Source: Eledone cirrhosa (taxonomy: Eukaryota). From it: a DNA stretch of 64,000 nt. The notes under the pieces are model-generated. The model was not told where the DNA came from. It saw only the letters and a list, made by a program, of their open reading frames with translations, and searched no databases. Shown here one piece after another: positions 39,872 through 53,110 of the stretch. Where the stretch lies: assembly GCA_964016885.1 (NCBI GenBank), contig OZ024752.1, positions 33,542,001 through 33,606,000 of the forward strand, read 5' to 3'. Position 1 is the first letter of the stretch. Each line of letters opens with the position of its first letter. Position numbers and translations under genes: made by a program.

Positions 39872-41522
39872 TAGCATTAAAGCCCGGCGTTGCTCGGGGT
39901 CATTAAGTTACCAAAGTTAGGTTGCACCACCCATTTTATGGCAGCACTTTTTTGTCTGCCAGGCACTGAGTGAATGAATTGCAGACCTGGAAGCATGAGC
40001 TGCGCCAGCAGTGACAATTGTAGTTTCGCCTATGGATATTATCTCTGTGCAAAAAAGTGTTGAAATTTATTGTTTCACAGTACTTGCGCAATACGCGCGT
40101 AGACGATGCCAGCCGAACAACAGAGCTGCGATGGAGTTGTTCTGCATGGTTGTCTGTGTGTTTTCTAAATTTAAGACAGTAGGGAGGGTTGTGATATGAG
40201 GGAGAGTTGGCTGTTGTTTCTAGCAGGTTTAGTGACCTCATAGAGGATGTGTTTTCTAAATTTAAGACAGTAGGGAGTGGTGTGATATGGAGGAGAGTTA
40301 GCTGCTGTTTCTAGCAGGTTTAGTGACCTCATAGAAGATATGTTTTCTAAATTTAAGACAGTAGGGAGGGGTGTGGTATGGGGGAGAGTTAGCTGCTGTT
40401 TCTAGCAGGTTTAGTAACCTCATAGAGGATATGTGTTTTCTAAATTTAAGACAGTAGGGATGGGTGTGATATGGGGGAGAGTTAGCTGCTGTTTCTAGCA
40501 GGTTTAGTGACCTCATAGAAGATATGTTTTCTAAATTTAAGACAGTAGGGATGGGTGTGATATGGGGGAGAGTTAGCTGCTGTTTCTAGCAGGTTTAGTA
40601 ACCTCATAGAGGATATGTGTTTTCTAAATTTAAGACAGTAGGGATGGGTGTGATATGGGGGGAGAGTTAGCTGCTGTTTCTAGCAGGTTTAGTGACCTCA
40701 TAGAAGATATGTTTTCTAAATTTAAGACAGTAGGGAGGGGTGTGGTATGGGGGAGAGTTACCTGCTGTTTCTAGCAGGTTTAGTGACCTCATAGAAGATA
40801 TGTTTTCTAAATTTAAGACAGTAGGGAGGGGTGTGGTATGGGGGAGAGTTAGCTGCTGTTTCTAGCAGGTTTAGTGACCTCATAGAAGATATGTTTTCTA
40901 AATTTAAGACAGTAGGGAGGGGTGTGGTATGGGGGAGAGTTAGCTGCTGTTTCTAGCAGGTTTAGTGACCTCATAGAGGATATTATTGTTTATCATTATC
41001 TATAAAAGGCAGATTGTTGTTGTTGTTGTTGTTGAAGTGAGTGTGTTTGTATGCATTTGGAAAAGAGGTTTTAAAAAAGATTTATCGCTTGTTGTTGAAT
41101 AAATGTATCTGTTGCTTTTGAATAATTGTCGTTTCATATGAAATGTAATAATTTGAAGTATAAAAGAGAAAGTAGCAAAATGTGTGGGTTGTAGATAGAG
41201 GATTGCAGATGATATGACAGAGTAATACGGACAGTATCACCATCAAGCTTGGAAAGAGAAAGTAGCAGAAAGTATGAAGTTGTATAGATTTTGAATGGTA
41301 GTGGAAAGAGTTTAGCAGTTTAAATGACAGAGAAAAATCGTAAAATATTGAGTTCTATCTATTTTTTGCGTAATTGTGGGTGAAATTGAAAAAATGAGAT
41401 GTGCCAAGACGCAATCGAAACTATTTCGAATACTGAATTGTAAATTTCAATTGAAGAAATTCTATATCGTAGATTTCTATAAGAAAGGAGCATGACCACA
41501 CACTGAGCTTTATAGATTATGA
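39871..41522 (-). mobile_element. Non-autonomous Helitron-like element with an internal tandem array
   Basis: Minus-strand 3' end is a GC hairpin cccgagcaacgccggg, then CTAG|T at 39871. Candidate 5' end A|TC...tctataaagctcagtgtg near 41516-41530. No TIR or TSD. Confidence 0.65.
40156..40982. repeat. 91-93 bp minisatellite, 9 copies
   Basis: ttttctaaatttaagacagtaggg recurs at 40161, 40252, 40343, 40436, 40527, 40620, 40712, 40803 and 40894. Confidence 0.95.
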
Positions 41523-41904
41523 TATATAGAGTGTGTGTGTGTTTTGTATTTAAAAAATCCAGTTAAAACGTCAGTAATTAAACTTTTTTCTCCCCGTTAA
41601 ATTTAATAACCAATGGACACTCTAATGTAAGGAAAGGCACTTCTGTGATAGTCAAATGTGATTTAATTCATGAGTGTTTATTGTCAAAAGCAATTGAGAA
41701 TCCTTCACCAGAGTATAATTGGATATATCTGGAGATATTAAGACAATGACAAATTTCCTTTTTTTAGTGGAATGTTGTTTCTTTTTACCCCCACTTCCCC
41801 TTGTTTTGCAAGGGAGATAAATGAATTCCTTCCATCAGCCACAGTGTTGGCCAAGTTGTAGTCATTATTTTTTTTCTGAATAAGGACCCTTACACTGAAC
41901 AAAA

Positions 41905-44900
41905 TATATCCAGCACACACTGTAAAGTGGTTGTGTAGGTGTCACAGCAAAAAGCACCCAGCATACACTGTAAAGTGGTTGTGTAGGTGTCACAGCAAAA
42001 AGCACCCACCATACACTGTAAAGTGGTTGTGTAGGTGTCATGACAAAAAGCACCCAGCACACACTGTAAAGTGGTTGTGTAGGTGTCACAACAAAAAGCA
42101 CCCAGCACACACTGTAAAGTGGTTGTGTAGGTGTCGTGACAAAAAGCACCCAGCATACACTGTAAAGTGGTTGTGTAGGTGTCACAACAAAAAGCACCCA
42201 GCACACACTGTAAAGTGGTTGTGTAGGTGTCATGACAAAAAGCACCCAGCATACACTGTAAAGTGGTTGTGTAGGTGTCACAACAAAAAGCACCCAGCAC
42301 ACACTGTAAAGTGGTTGTGTAGGTGTCATGACAAAAAGCACCCAGCATACACTGTAAAGTGGTTGTGTAGGTGTCACAACAAAAAGCACCCAGCATACAC
42401 TGTAAAGTGGTTGTGTAGGTGTCATGACAAAAAGCACCCAGCATACACTGTAAAGTGGTTGTGTAGGTGTCGCAACAAAAAGCACCCACCATACACTGTA
42501 AAGTGGTTGTGTAGGTGTCGTGACAAAAAGCACCCAGCATACACTGTAAAGTGGTTGTGTAGGTGTCATGACAAAAAGCACCCAGCATACACTGTAAAGT
42601 GGTTGTGTAGGTGTCACGACAAAAAGCACCCAGCATACACTGTAAAGTGGTTGTGTAGGTGTCACAACAAAAAGCACCCAGCATACACTGTAAAGTGGTT
42701 GTGTAGGTGTCACAACAAAAAGCACCCAGCATACACTGTAAAGTGGTTGTGTACGTGTCACAACAAAAAGCACCCAGCACACACTGTAAAGTGGTTGTGT
42801 AGGTGTCACAACAAAAAGCACCCAGCATACACTGTAAAGTGGTTGTGTAGGTGTCACAACAAAAAGCACCCAGCACACACTGTAAAGTGGTTGTGTAGGT
42901 GTCACAACAAAAAGCACCCAGCACACACTGTAAAGTGGTTGTGTAGGTGTCACAACAAAAAGCACCCAGCACACACTGTAAAGTGGTTGTGTAGGTGTCG
43001 TGACAAAAAGCACCCAGCATACACTGTAAAGTGGTTGTGTACGTGTCGCAACAAAAAGCACCCACCATACACTGTAAAGTGGTTGTGTAGGTGTCGTGAC
43101 AAAAAGCACCCAGCATACACTGTAAAGTGGTTGTGTAGGTGTCACAACAAAAAGCACCCAGCACACACTGTAAAGTGGTTGTGTAGGTGTCATGACAAAA
43201 AGCACCCAGCATACACTGTAAAGTGGTTGTGTAGGTGTCACAACAAAAAGCACCCAGCATACACTGTAAAGTGGTTGTGTAGGTGTCATGACAAAAAGCA
43301 CCCAGCATACACTGTAAAGTGGTTGTGTAGGTGTCGCAACAAAAAGCACCCACCATACACTGTAAAGTGGTTGTGTAGGTGTCGTGACAAAAAGCACCCA
43401 GCATACACTGTAAAGTGGTTGTGTAGGTGTCATGACAAAAAGCACCCAGCATACACTGTAAAGTGGTTGTGTAGGTGTCACGACAAAAAGCACCCAGCAT
43501 ACACTGTAAAGTGGTTGTGTAGGTGTCACAACAAAAAGCACCCAGCATACACTGTAAAGTGGTTGTGTAGGTGTCACAACAAAAAGCACCCAGCATACAC
43601 TGTAAAGTGGTTGTGTACGTGTCACAACAAAAAGCACCCAGCACACACTGTAAAGTGGTTGTGTAGGTGTCACAACAAAAAGCACCCAGCATACACTGTA
43701 AAGTGGTTGTGTAGGTGTCACAACAAAAAGCACCCAGCACACACTGTAAAGTGGTTGTGTAGGTGTCACAACAAAAAGCACCCAGCACACACTGTAAAGT
43801 GGTTGTGTAGGTGTCACAACAAAAAGCACCCAGCACACACTGTAAAGTGGTTGTGTAGGTGTCGTGACAAAAAGCACCCAGCATACACTGTAAAGTGGTT
43901 GTGTACGTGTCGCAACAAAAAGCACCCACCATACACTGTAAAGTGGTTGTGTAGGTGTCGTGACAAAAAGCACCCAGCATACACTGTAAAGTGGTTGTGT
44001 ACGTGTCACAACAAAAAGCACCCAGCATACACTGTAAAGTGGTTGTGTAGGTGTCGCAACAAAAAGCACCCACCATACACTGTAAAGTGGTTGTGTAGGT
44101 GTCGTGACAAAAAGCACCCACCATACACTGTAAAGTGGTTGTGTAGGTGTCGTGACAAAAAGCACCCAGCATACACTGTAAAGTGGTTGTGTACGTGTCA
44201 CAACAAAAAGCACCCAGCATACACTGTAAAGTGGTTGTGTAGGTGTCGCAACAAAAAGCACCCAGCATACACTGTAAAGTGGTTGTGTAGGTGTCGTGAC
44301 AAAAAGCACCCAGCATACACTGTAAAGTGGTTGAGTAGGTGTCGTGACAAAAAGCACCCAGCATACACTGTAAAGTGGTTGTGTAGGTGTCGCAACAAAA
44401 AGCACCCACCATACACTGTAAAGTGGTTGTGTAGGTGTCATGACAAAAAGCACCCAGCATACACTGTAAAGTGGTTGTGTCGGTGTCATGACAAAAAGCA
44501 CCCAGCATACACTGTAAAGTGGTTGTGTAGGTGTCATGACAAAAAGCACCCAGCATACACTGTAAAGTGGTTGTGTAGGTGTCGTGACAAAAAGCACCCA
44601 GCATACACTGTAAAGTGGTTGTGTAGGTGTCATGACAAAAAGCACCCAGCATACACTGTAAAGTGGTTGTGTAGGTGTCATGACAAAAAGCACCCAGCAT
44701 ACACTGTAAAGTGGTTGTGTAGGTGTCATGACAAAAAGCACCCAGCATACACTGTAAAGTGGTTGTGTAGGTGTCACAGCAAAAAGCACCCAGCATACAC
44801 TGTAAAGTGGTTGTGTAGGTGTCGCAACAAAAAGCACCCACCATACACTGTAAAGTGGTTGTGTAGGTGTCGTGACAAAAAGCACCCAGCATACACTGTA

Positions 44901-45170
44901 AAGTGGTTGTGTAGGTGTCACAGCAAAAAGCACCCAGCATACACTGTAAAGTGGTTGTGTAGGTGTCACAGCAAAAAGCACCCAGCATACACTGTAAAGT
45001 GGTTGTGTAGGTGTCATGACAAAAAGCACCCAGCATACACTGTAAAGTGGTTGTGTAAAGCACCCAGCATACAAAGTAGTGGTTGTGTAGGTGTCACAAC
45101 AAAAAGCACCCAGCACACACTGTAAAGTGGTCATGTTGGAGTCACGGCTAAAAGCACGCAGCACACATTG
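41905..45170 (+). repeat. 48 bp minisatellite, ~67 copies, inside a retroposon whose tail ends at ~45333
   Basis: Unit aaaaagcacccagcatacactgtaaagtggttgtgtaggtgtcacaac. Runs into ggaagggcatccagccatagaaa ... ggacgttaaacaatgatgat. Confidence 0.97.
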
Positions 45171-46043
45171 TAAATGTGGTTGGCATAAGGAAGGGCATCC
45201 AGCCATAGAAACCTAGTCAGAAAAAGTCCTATACGAGTAAAACACAGGCACCTGACCCAACCTACCTCAAATGGGACGACCCGTCTAACCCATGCTAGTA
45301 TGGAAAATGGACGTTAAACAATGATGATTATGATACACACAGAGCAACTCAGTGGAATACAGACCTGGTTCCTTATCTCGTTCCAGTTATTATTGTTTTT
45401 GTGAAGATAAACTAAATACAACGAAGACTTATCAATTAGGGTTAAAAACCATTGATAAATTGAGTCAATATTTCATATTCTTTATTATGCTTAATATAGC
45501 GTGGAAAAATGGACGTTAAACGATGATGATGATGATGATGATGAGATCAGCTGTAAAGAGAATAATCTGAAAAGCTGATTAAGTTAATTTCATCAGTGTT
45601 TTCATTTATTTGTTGATCAGCAAAGAATGGAGGCTGTGCTATTGGTTGTTTCTGTAGGCTTTGCTTTTGTTTGGTTTTTATTTTCAGTAAAAAGGTCATA
45701 ATTGTTGCTGTGTTATTTGTTTAGCACTAGGTTAACCCCAATCAGGTAGACTGTATGATCAAAAATGATGATAATCTTCCTGTTTTTTGTCAGGTATAGT
45801 GTATCACGGACTAGATTATCCAGTGTGTTCCCCCTTTTTAAAGATGGCATGATTTGAGGGAGATTTGACTGCTATTTCTGTGAGTTGGAGTAAACCCATG
45901 AAAACTCATTCTGTGGTGGGCTGATGTATGTTTCCACATGAAAGTGTTAAAGTTAATTGATAGAAAACAGTGGATATCTAGTTAGTTGTATCCCGTCTAA
46001 ACCCATGCTAGCGTGTAAGATAGACGTTAAACGATGATGATGA

Positions 46044-46290
46044 TTAGTGGTTATCTAGTTCTATACCAGTTGTTATCTAGTATATTAGTGGTTAGTTATC
46101 TAGTTGTATATCAGTGGTTATATAGCTGTATACTAGTGGTTATCTAACTGTATACTAGTGGTTATCTAACTGTATACTAGTGGTTATCTAACTGTATACT
46201 AGTGGTTATCTAACTGTATACTAGTGGTTATCTAGTTGTATACTAGTGGTTATCTAGTTGTATATTAGTGGCTAGTAAGTTAGTTGTATG
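46044..46290. repeat. 22 bp minisatellite, ~10 copies
   Basis: Unit tatactagtggttatctaactg. Confidence 0.9.
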
Positions 46291-46439
46291 TCAGTGTTAG
46301 GTGAAAGAGGAAAAGACCAAAGATTGCTTCACAACAAAGAAAATGTACTGAAGTGTGAAAACTTATCTTTGAAATTGTATTAAATTTCACATCTCTTCTG
46401 GAATCTGACATTTTGCCAATTAGGCAGACATTTCTTTTG

Positions 46440-46630
46440 TTCTTCATTGGATACCAACACACAATAGTCACTAGAGTCAGTCACTCCACTTCTTCATTGG
46501 ATACCAATACACAATAGTCACTAGTCAGTCTCCTACCACCTCTTCATTGGATATCAATACACAATAATCACTAGCCAGCCCCCCCCCCCATACATCTCCA
46601 TTAGGATACACTATAGTCACTAGAATCTGT
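46440..46630. repeat. ~50 bp degenerate tandem repeat, ~4 copies
   Basis: Recurring ttcattggataccaa-acacaatagtcactag. Confidence 0.75.
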
Positions 46631-49600
46631 CCCCCTCAGCCACCTCCTACACCTCTCCGTTACATTACAGTTGCAACATATTCAATATTCTATCAGTTTA
46701 TCTATATTTCAATATTTCTTATGAAATAATTTCCAGTTTGAAGGATTCATATGAAAAGTCTTAGGAAAGAGTTTAATCTAATTATGAGCTAATCTAATTA
46801 TTGGCTAGCGTGTAACTTGTTTTTATTTTACAGCTACTGACAGTTGCTTTTAATTTTAATTAGCAGTAGAGCATCTATAAATGTTCTTAATTGGAATATC
46901 TTTGCATGCATATATAATTAAATTGCTGCGTATACAAATAACGGGTCAACAGCTTTTCTAAATGTAATTGTTAGCACTACCATGCTGCACAGATTTAGGT
47001 GATTCACTCATCAACATTCTTAATATACTAGTAATAACGAACCTATCTTTTCAACTACAACTCTGTTTATTAATTAACGCTGTTTATTAATTAATGGTTT
47101 GTTAATCACAAAAAACATCTAGCAGGATGCTGTGTTTCAAGATGTCTTTCTTTTAGTTTTCTTTTGTCTGTTGTCAGTATAATGAAATGAATTATGCTTG
47201 GAGGTTCATATACAAGGTTCAAGGTGTACAAGGACAGGTGTAAGATGCATGTCGTAAACATGGAGTTTTAAATGTGAATAAGATATACATTTAGATAGAC
47301 TGATGATGGGGATGATATATATTCATTTAATATGGCTAAATAGTGAGTCATGTTACTCTGGACTTTCACCTGCACACCTGCCTCCAATTGATCTGGTTGG
47401 ATCCCACAAGTGAGACCAGCCAAGCTCATGGATGTTATTTAACCATTTTGCTCTGAATCTACCCCTGGATCTGATCTCCTGCTCGTTGGTTTTGCTCATA
47501 AAAATCTGTCCAGCAATTCTTTCCCTGAGACAATCTAACCAGGTGTCTAGAATTTAAATGGAATCATTTGTATGCAAAAAATTCTCCTTGTTTTTTTTTT
47601 CCTTCTTTTTTTCTATCTCATATCATGTCAGGATATCTATGTAGGGGGGGGGGGTTCTTTGATACATAACCAGCACTTTATTTATTGACCTTATAAGGGA
47701 ATAAAGTAAAGCCAACCTTGGTGAGACTTGAGTTTAGATATATAAGGTACCAATCTAAACATTGCTGAGCATTATTAGTTCCAGATGTTTTTATTGTTTT
47801 CTTCTGTAACATAGTTATAAAGGAGATAGTTCAACCTTTTAAACGTGTTTTAGAAGGCATAGACATATATTACTATGACTGTGTTTTCAGTTTCATTAAC
47901 AAGAATTTTATATTTGTCAATATTTATGGGCTTATATTTCTTTGTTTGTCTACTTTCTAACCTTCTAAATATTCAACCCCTTTTGCTTTTACTTTTTAGA
48001 GTGTTTTAATAAATCAATAACTTCGTTAGTTCTCTAAAGCAATTTTATGTTGGCAGCTAGCGAGAAATTTACTGGTAAAACATCAGCATAGCTAAGATTG
48101 TGTGGCATTGAACTTGACAGGGGAAAATCAATTCACTCGTTAATCTGTGACAGTATTTTCCACTTTCAACATTTTCTATTAATACAATTAAGCTGTTTCA
48201 GATATTCGAACTAAATGGTAAACTGTTTTGAAATAGAAGAAACGTATCTTGAGAATGATGGCAAGTTTTTGTTTCTTAGGAATGTTTTTTTTTTAATAAA
48301 CCTTTCAATGCTTTAAATATTTCCGCCATTTAATTTGTAATTAGTTTAATTTGTAATTTGATTAATTTGTAAATAGGTTATCAAATTCCGTACTATTATC
48401 TCAACTAAAAGTTAATACACATGTTAGCAATTCAACAACCTTTACAATATAACAATATATTCAGGGATGTTTTCAAATTGATGGTTCTTAGAGATAATTG
48501 TAACAGATGTGTCTTATTTTATCCATCACTCTTAGGTAAGACAGCGAGCACAACTTCACACCCACAATTTCTGTTTCCCCATGAAGGTTTGTAGGTCGTC
48601 CTTGTTAATTCCAGTGTCTCTTGCTATGGTATCCTGGTAGCTGAGCTTTCAGGTAGAGGAAATCAGATCTCTCACAACAAAAGGTACAACTATTTACTGC
48701 CAGGAATTTCACCCAATCTGCTGTAGTTGGGCCATATATTACCGTTTGTAATATTACAAGAATATTGGTTTCTATTTAACCCACTGTTTTTACTGGTACT
48801 TGACACTGTCTTAAGATGTCACACAGTGAAATCAAACTTGGAACCTCATTATTACATAGCTAACTTCTTAATGTCTTATCCAGTTTGCTATGCTGTGTCC
48901 ATACATATAGATTATCTAACAGATAAAGATTTGAAAGAGTTAAAGTGAGAAATAAGCTCCAGTGACTGCAAGTATACCTTGGCTTAGATTGTTTCAAGTT
49001 TCGTCATTTTCAAAGTTACGGTAGTTTTTCTTAATATTATATGTCAAAAATAAACCTTGTGTTATGTCAATTGACTCCTCTTTACATCGGTCTACCAAAA
49101 ATATTAAACCATAAAAAACACTAAAAACAAAACGATAAAAATATATAAAATCACATTTAAATATATGCTAAAATATATAGTATAATGTAGGGAATGCCTG
49201 TTAGCAGTTTATAGGGGGTTAATTCGACATTCATCGGTTTTTTACTTAAGTCTTCTGGAACTAATTAACGGCATAAGGTGAGGTATACCTGTATATGGTA
49301 ATATGAATTAATGATCCATAAGCAACTTTGATACCATCTATATTTTTATTATTTATAGTGCATTCACCATCTTCAAAATAATTTTGTACAATATGATAGT
49401 TGTTAATTTTAATAACCTTCGCTTTGTTTATGTTGAATGCTTTTCTCTCTGACTTTGGGAATATCTTCATGTAAACAAATTTTCATTTTTATTTCACTGA
49501 CTATTTCAGACACAAATTCTAAGTCTAAATATGTGTGATGTTGATAAGCAAATGGAAGTTATAAATAAATGGGTAAGAAAGAGATAGAGAGAATATATGA

Positions 49601-49907
49601 AAGCAAAATAAAAGAAACTTAGAAACTGGCTGTGATATTATTCAAAGGTTAACTTTAAAAAAAATTCAAACTTTGTTAAAATTTGAAAATCTCTGAATTT
49701 TAGAAAGGTTTCACTTATGAAGGTGAAGTAGAAAACACGGTTACTATAAGTTTTATAATACAGGAAAACAATTTTCTCATACTCAAGTTTTGTTTCTTTG
49801 TTGTTGTTGTTGTTGTTGTTGTTGTGTAAGTATAGTTATTGAGGTTGACACCATGGCCTTTGAACTTCATAAACTGGTTCCAATTTTCATTTGAAGTTCC
49901 ACTTTAA

Positions 49908-50127
49908 TTAACCCTTTAGCATTTGAACCAGCCATATCCGGCCAGAATTCTCTCACCTCTTTCTGTTCAAACCAGCTGTAACCAGCTGCTCAGACTTATG
50001 TTAAGGTATTGTTCTCAAAATAAATAATATCAAAATCACAGATTTGATATTATGAGATAATTATGTGAGATAATTACTGTGAAAATATAATATTAAATAT
50101 AGAGTAATGTAAATGTTAAAGGATTAA
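49908..50127 (+). mobile_element. piggyBac-type MITE
   Basis: TTAA-flanked TIRs, family body. Confidence 0.85.
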
Positions 50128-50277
50128 ATATATTTTAGGAAAAACATCAATATAAATCCACTTCCTGTAATTCTAAGGATTTAAGTCTTATTTTATTAAA
50201 TGTTATTGTTAACCTTTTGACCTCTCAAAAAGCCATGGACATCCAAACTTACTAATAAATTACAGTAATAAATTATT

Positions 50278-50820
50278 GACCCTCGGAAGTCTCCCCCCTA
50301 TTGGGGAGTTCTCCTTTGTTTCATTTATTTTGTTACACCCTTTGTTTTTGTTTTATGTTTTTGTTTTTACATGCAGAAATGCCCATTTGTACCGTCCTGT
50401 TCTTAATGTTATGCTTTGTGTCAACCTTTGTGGTTAATAAAGAAAACATTATTATTGCCAGCAATTTGTTGAAAGATGGGTGAGAGAGGCAAGCATGGCC
50501 TGAGTGAATGGGCCTGCTCTGAGTATATGCCTGTAGATTTGGAGGTGGAAAACTGGGAGAGGGCACTTGCCCTGGAGGTCAGGGTCACCATGGCTTTTTT
50601 AATGGGCTTTCTCTATGAGTGACCCTCGGAAGTAAACCCCCCCCCCCTCCTTCATTGGGGAATTTTCCTTTGTTTTTTTGTTATTTCCTTTATTGTTTTT
50701 TCTTTACACGCAGAAATGTCCATTTGTACCGTCCTGTGCTGTCCTTAATGTTATACTTTATGTCAACCCTTGTGGTTAATAAAGAAAGCATTATTGTTAT
50801 TATTATTATTATTGTTATTA
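50278..50820 (+). mobile_element. Two tandem LINE (L1/Tx1-like) 3' ends
   Basis: Duplicated gaccctcggaagt ... tgtggttAATAAAgaaa-(att)n. The second copy is preceded by a FVERWVREASMA*VNGPAL peptide remnant. Confidence 0.6.
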
Positions 50821-50833
50821 TTTGTTCTTTCAG

Positions 50834-50886
50834 TTACATGGGCATTGGACTATCTACACAGGGGGTAAACATGAATAGACTACCAG
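50834..50886 (+). CDS. RANBP9: RanBPM/RANBP9-10 homolog, internal coding exon (53 bp), SPRY domain
   Basis: Acceptor ttctttcag| at 50833, donor |gtaaga at 50887. GG|T completes Gly with the previous exon, then YMGIGLSTQGVNMNRLP(G). Frame continues from the 18598 exon. Confidence 0.95.
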
Positions 50887-51596
50887 GTAAGACATTTTTT
50901 TAAAAAGTAATTTGATGTTCTTGATGTGGTAATCATCATCATCATCATCATCATCAACGTTTAACGTCCGTGTTCCACGCTTGCATGGGTTTGGACAGTA
51001 TTTATTATAAACTTTTACAAACAAAAACTGCTTTGTACCCTTCATAAACTGTCTTATACAAATTTCTCACTTTCACCCTCTTTAAAAAATAATATTTTCT
51101 CCCCTTTTTTATACATATTCACATCATTACCATTGTCCTAGTGCCAGCTATTCCAAGATGTCAATGATATGACCAGGGAATCCAACAGAGCATTTTTCTT
51201 TTCTTTTATACTTCTAGATCTTACATTGTCTTATTTGTGAAACTCAATATTCTCTCAAGTTATGAAATGAGATGATCCTATTTCATTTTGGATCATTTTT
51301 TGGTTTGTTGTGTATTCCAAGACCCCTTGCCCTGTCCTTCCAGCCAGCCCCTGTCCTTCTGACCAGCCACAGTTTTAAGCATATTAGTCATTCACAGCAG
51401 ACATTATCTATTTTTACATCCCATATCCATCCATACCATACTGACAAAGTTATATCATTTAAGGCATTGTAATAGTTTGATTTTTATATCAATTCCCTTG
51501 TGCTTACCCTTCCTACTAGCCTGTTAACATTGTTGCTATTGCTCATCTAATGGAGCATATTGTGTCCATTGCCAACTGCTGTTTACCCTCACCATT

Positions 51597-51757
51597 TGTT
51601 GCTGTTGTTGCTGCAACTGTTGCTTCTGCTGTTACTGTTGTTGGTCCTGTTGTTGCTACTGCTGTTGCTATTTTTGTTGCTGCTGCTGTTACTGTTGCTA
51701 CTACTGCTGCTATTACTGCTGCTACTGTTGTTGTTGTTACTGTTGCTGCTGCTGTTA
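51597..51757. repeat. Degenerate trinucleotide (GTT/GCT/ACT) repeat
   Basis: Seen directly. Produces poly-Leu and Ala/Val/Thr ORFs. Confidence 0.9.
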
Positions 51758-52896
51758 ATGTATCACAACTGTACCACATTATACATCTTATGTATGATGA
51801 CTCATAGAGCCTGTCTTTTATATAGAAAGAGAAACTCTTTTGTTGCAAACAGTGTAGCAGTTTACCAAAGTTTTGCCTCGCTCTTATCACAGGCATCCAT
51901 CCATTACAGCATTAATTATATTAACCCAGCCACAGAACATGTTTACTGCTCCCAATGAGTTATTGATGCACTCTGTGTTCATACCGTGAACAATTCTAGT
52001 AGGTTTGGTGTACAGAAAGTTATGGTTCTTTATTAGTCTTACACAGACCCCCCCCCCTCCTGCAGCACCTCCCTAGTTTCACATATTACTACTCCTTATA
52101 CACTCAGCATCTGAAGGACATGCACACATATGCACACACATACATGCTCTCATGCTCACATATACACACACACAAACATGCATACACACAAACACATACA
52201 CAAACATGCACTCATGCTCACATATGCACGCACACACGCATGCACGCACGCGCGCGCACGGCTTCATACTGTACTATTTCTATAATTGTCTTATATTGTT
52301 ATGTCAAAGACTAATGGTAGAATTATCTGACATCCCAAAGGTCCCATGTCCACATGTTGTAGAACAGTTTGTTGTTTTATTATAAAAGGAATTCATCAGC
52401 CAATAATTTCTGAACTGTGACGTATGCCTACCGGTTGAATATTGTGTCCTTGAAATTACAGATTACACATCACACATACACGGACAGGTACAGCAAACAC
52501 ACATATGCACACACACATACACACACACACACACCACACTCTCATGTACACCACATGTACACACACTTATATGCACAAGTGTTCAAGTTTGTATATGTAC
52601 TTAAATCTGTGTGCTAGCAATAGTCAGATGAAGTAAGAGGGTTGGACGCCATGCTTTCTAGCATAGTTACGTCCCTTTACAGTCTGAGTTCAAATCCCGC
52701 CGAGGTTAACTTTGCCTTTCATCCTTACGGGGTCGATAAAATAAAGTACCAGTAATGTACTGGGTAGTTGCTGGCCTTGTGCCTAAAGTAGAAACAATTA
52801 TTTTGAGGGAAATAAATTAAACCAAACCAGCTAGTTTTCTGTTAGTTAACAGGGTTGTCAAGTTTAATACAATGTCTTTGAATCAAATATATGCTT

Positions 52897-52972
<76 letters not shown>

Positions 52973-53016
52973 GTGAAAGCAGCGATTCTTTGCTTAAACT
53001 TTAATCTGTTATTTTA

Positions 53017-53060
<44 letters not shown>

Positions 53061-53110
53061 ATAATAATATTAAGAGAGTATTGAAGTTTGCTTGAAGCAT
53101 TGTGGAACAA

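Larger units (their letters stand above)
18710..50833 (+). other. GT-AG intron of the RanBPM gene, 32,124 bp
   Basis: Bounded by the donor and acceptor of two exons whose peptides join without a gap. Confidence 0.9.

Noticed and set aside
41905-45170. CRISPR-like or TALE-like array with variable positions
   Set aside because: No unique spacers and no cas genes. Variation is single-base substitution in a eukaryotic minisatellite, with no evidence of translation.
41865-45206. ORFs of 1057-1113 aa on both strands
   Set aside because: They are translations of a 48 bp (16-codon) unit that lacks stops in several frames. They are intronic, lie within a retroposon and have no non-repetitive domain.
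51543-51958. Poly-Leu and Ala/Thr/Val-rich ORFs
   Set aside because: Trinucleotide low-complexity repeat.
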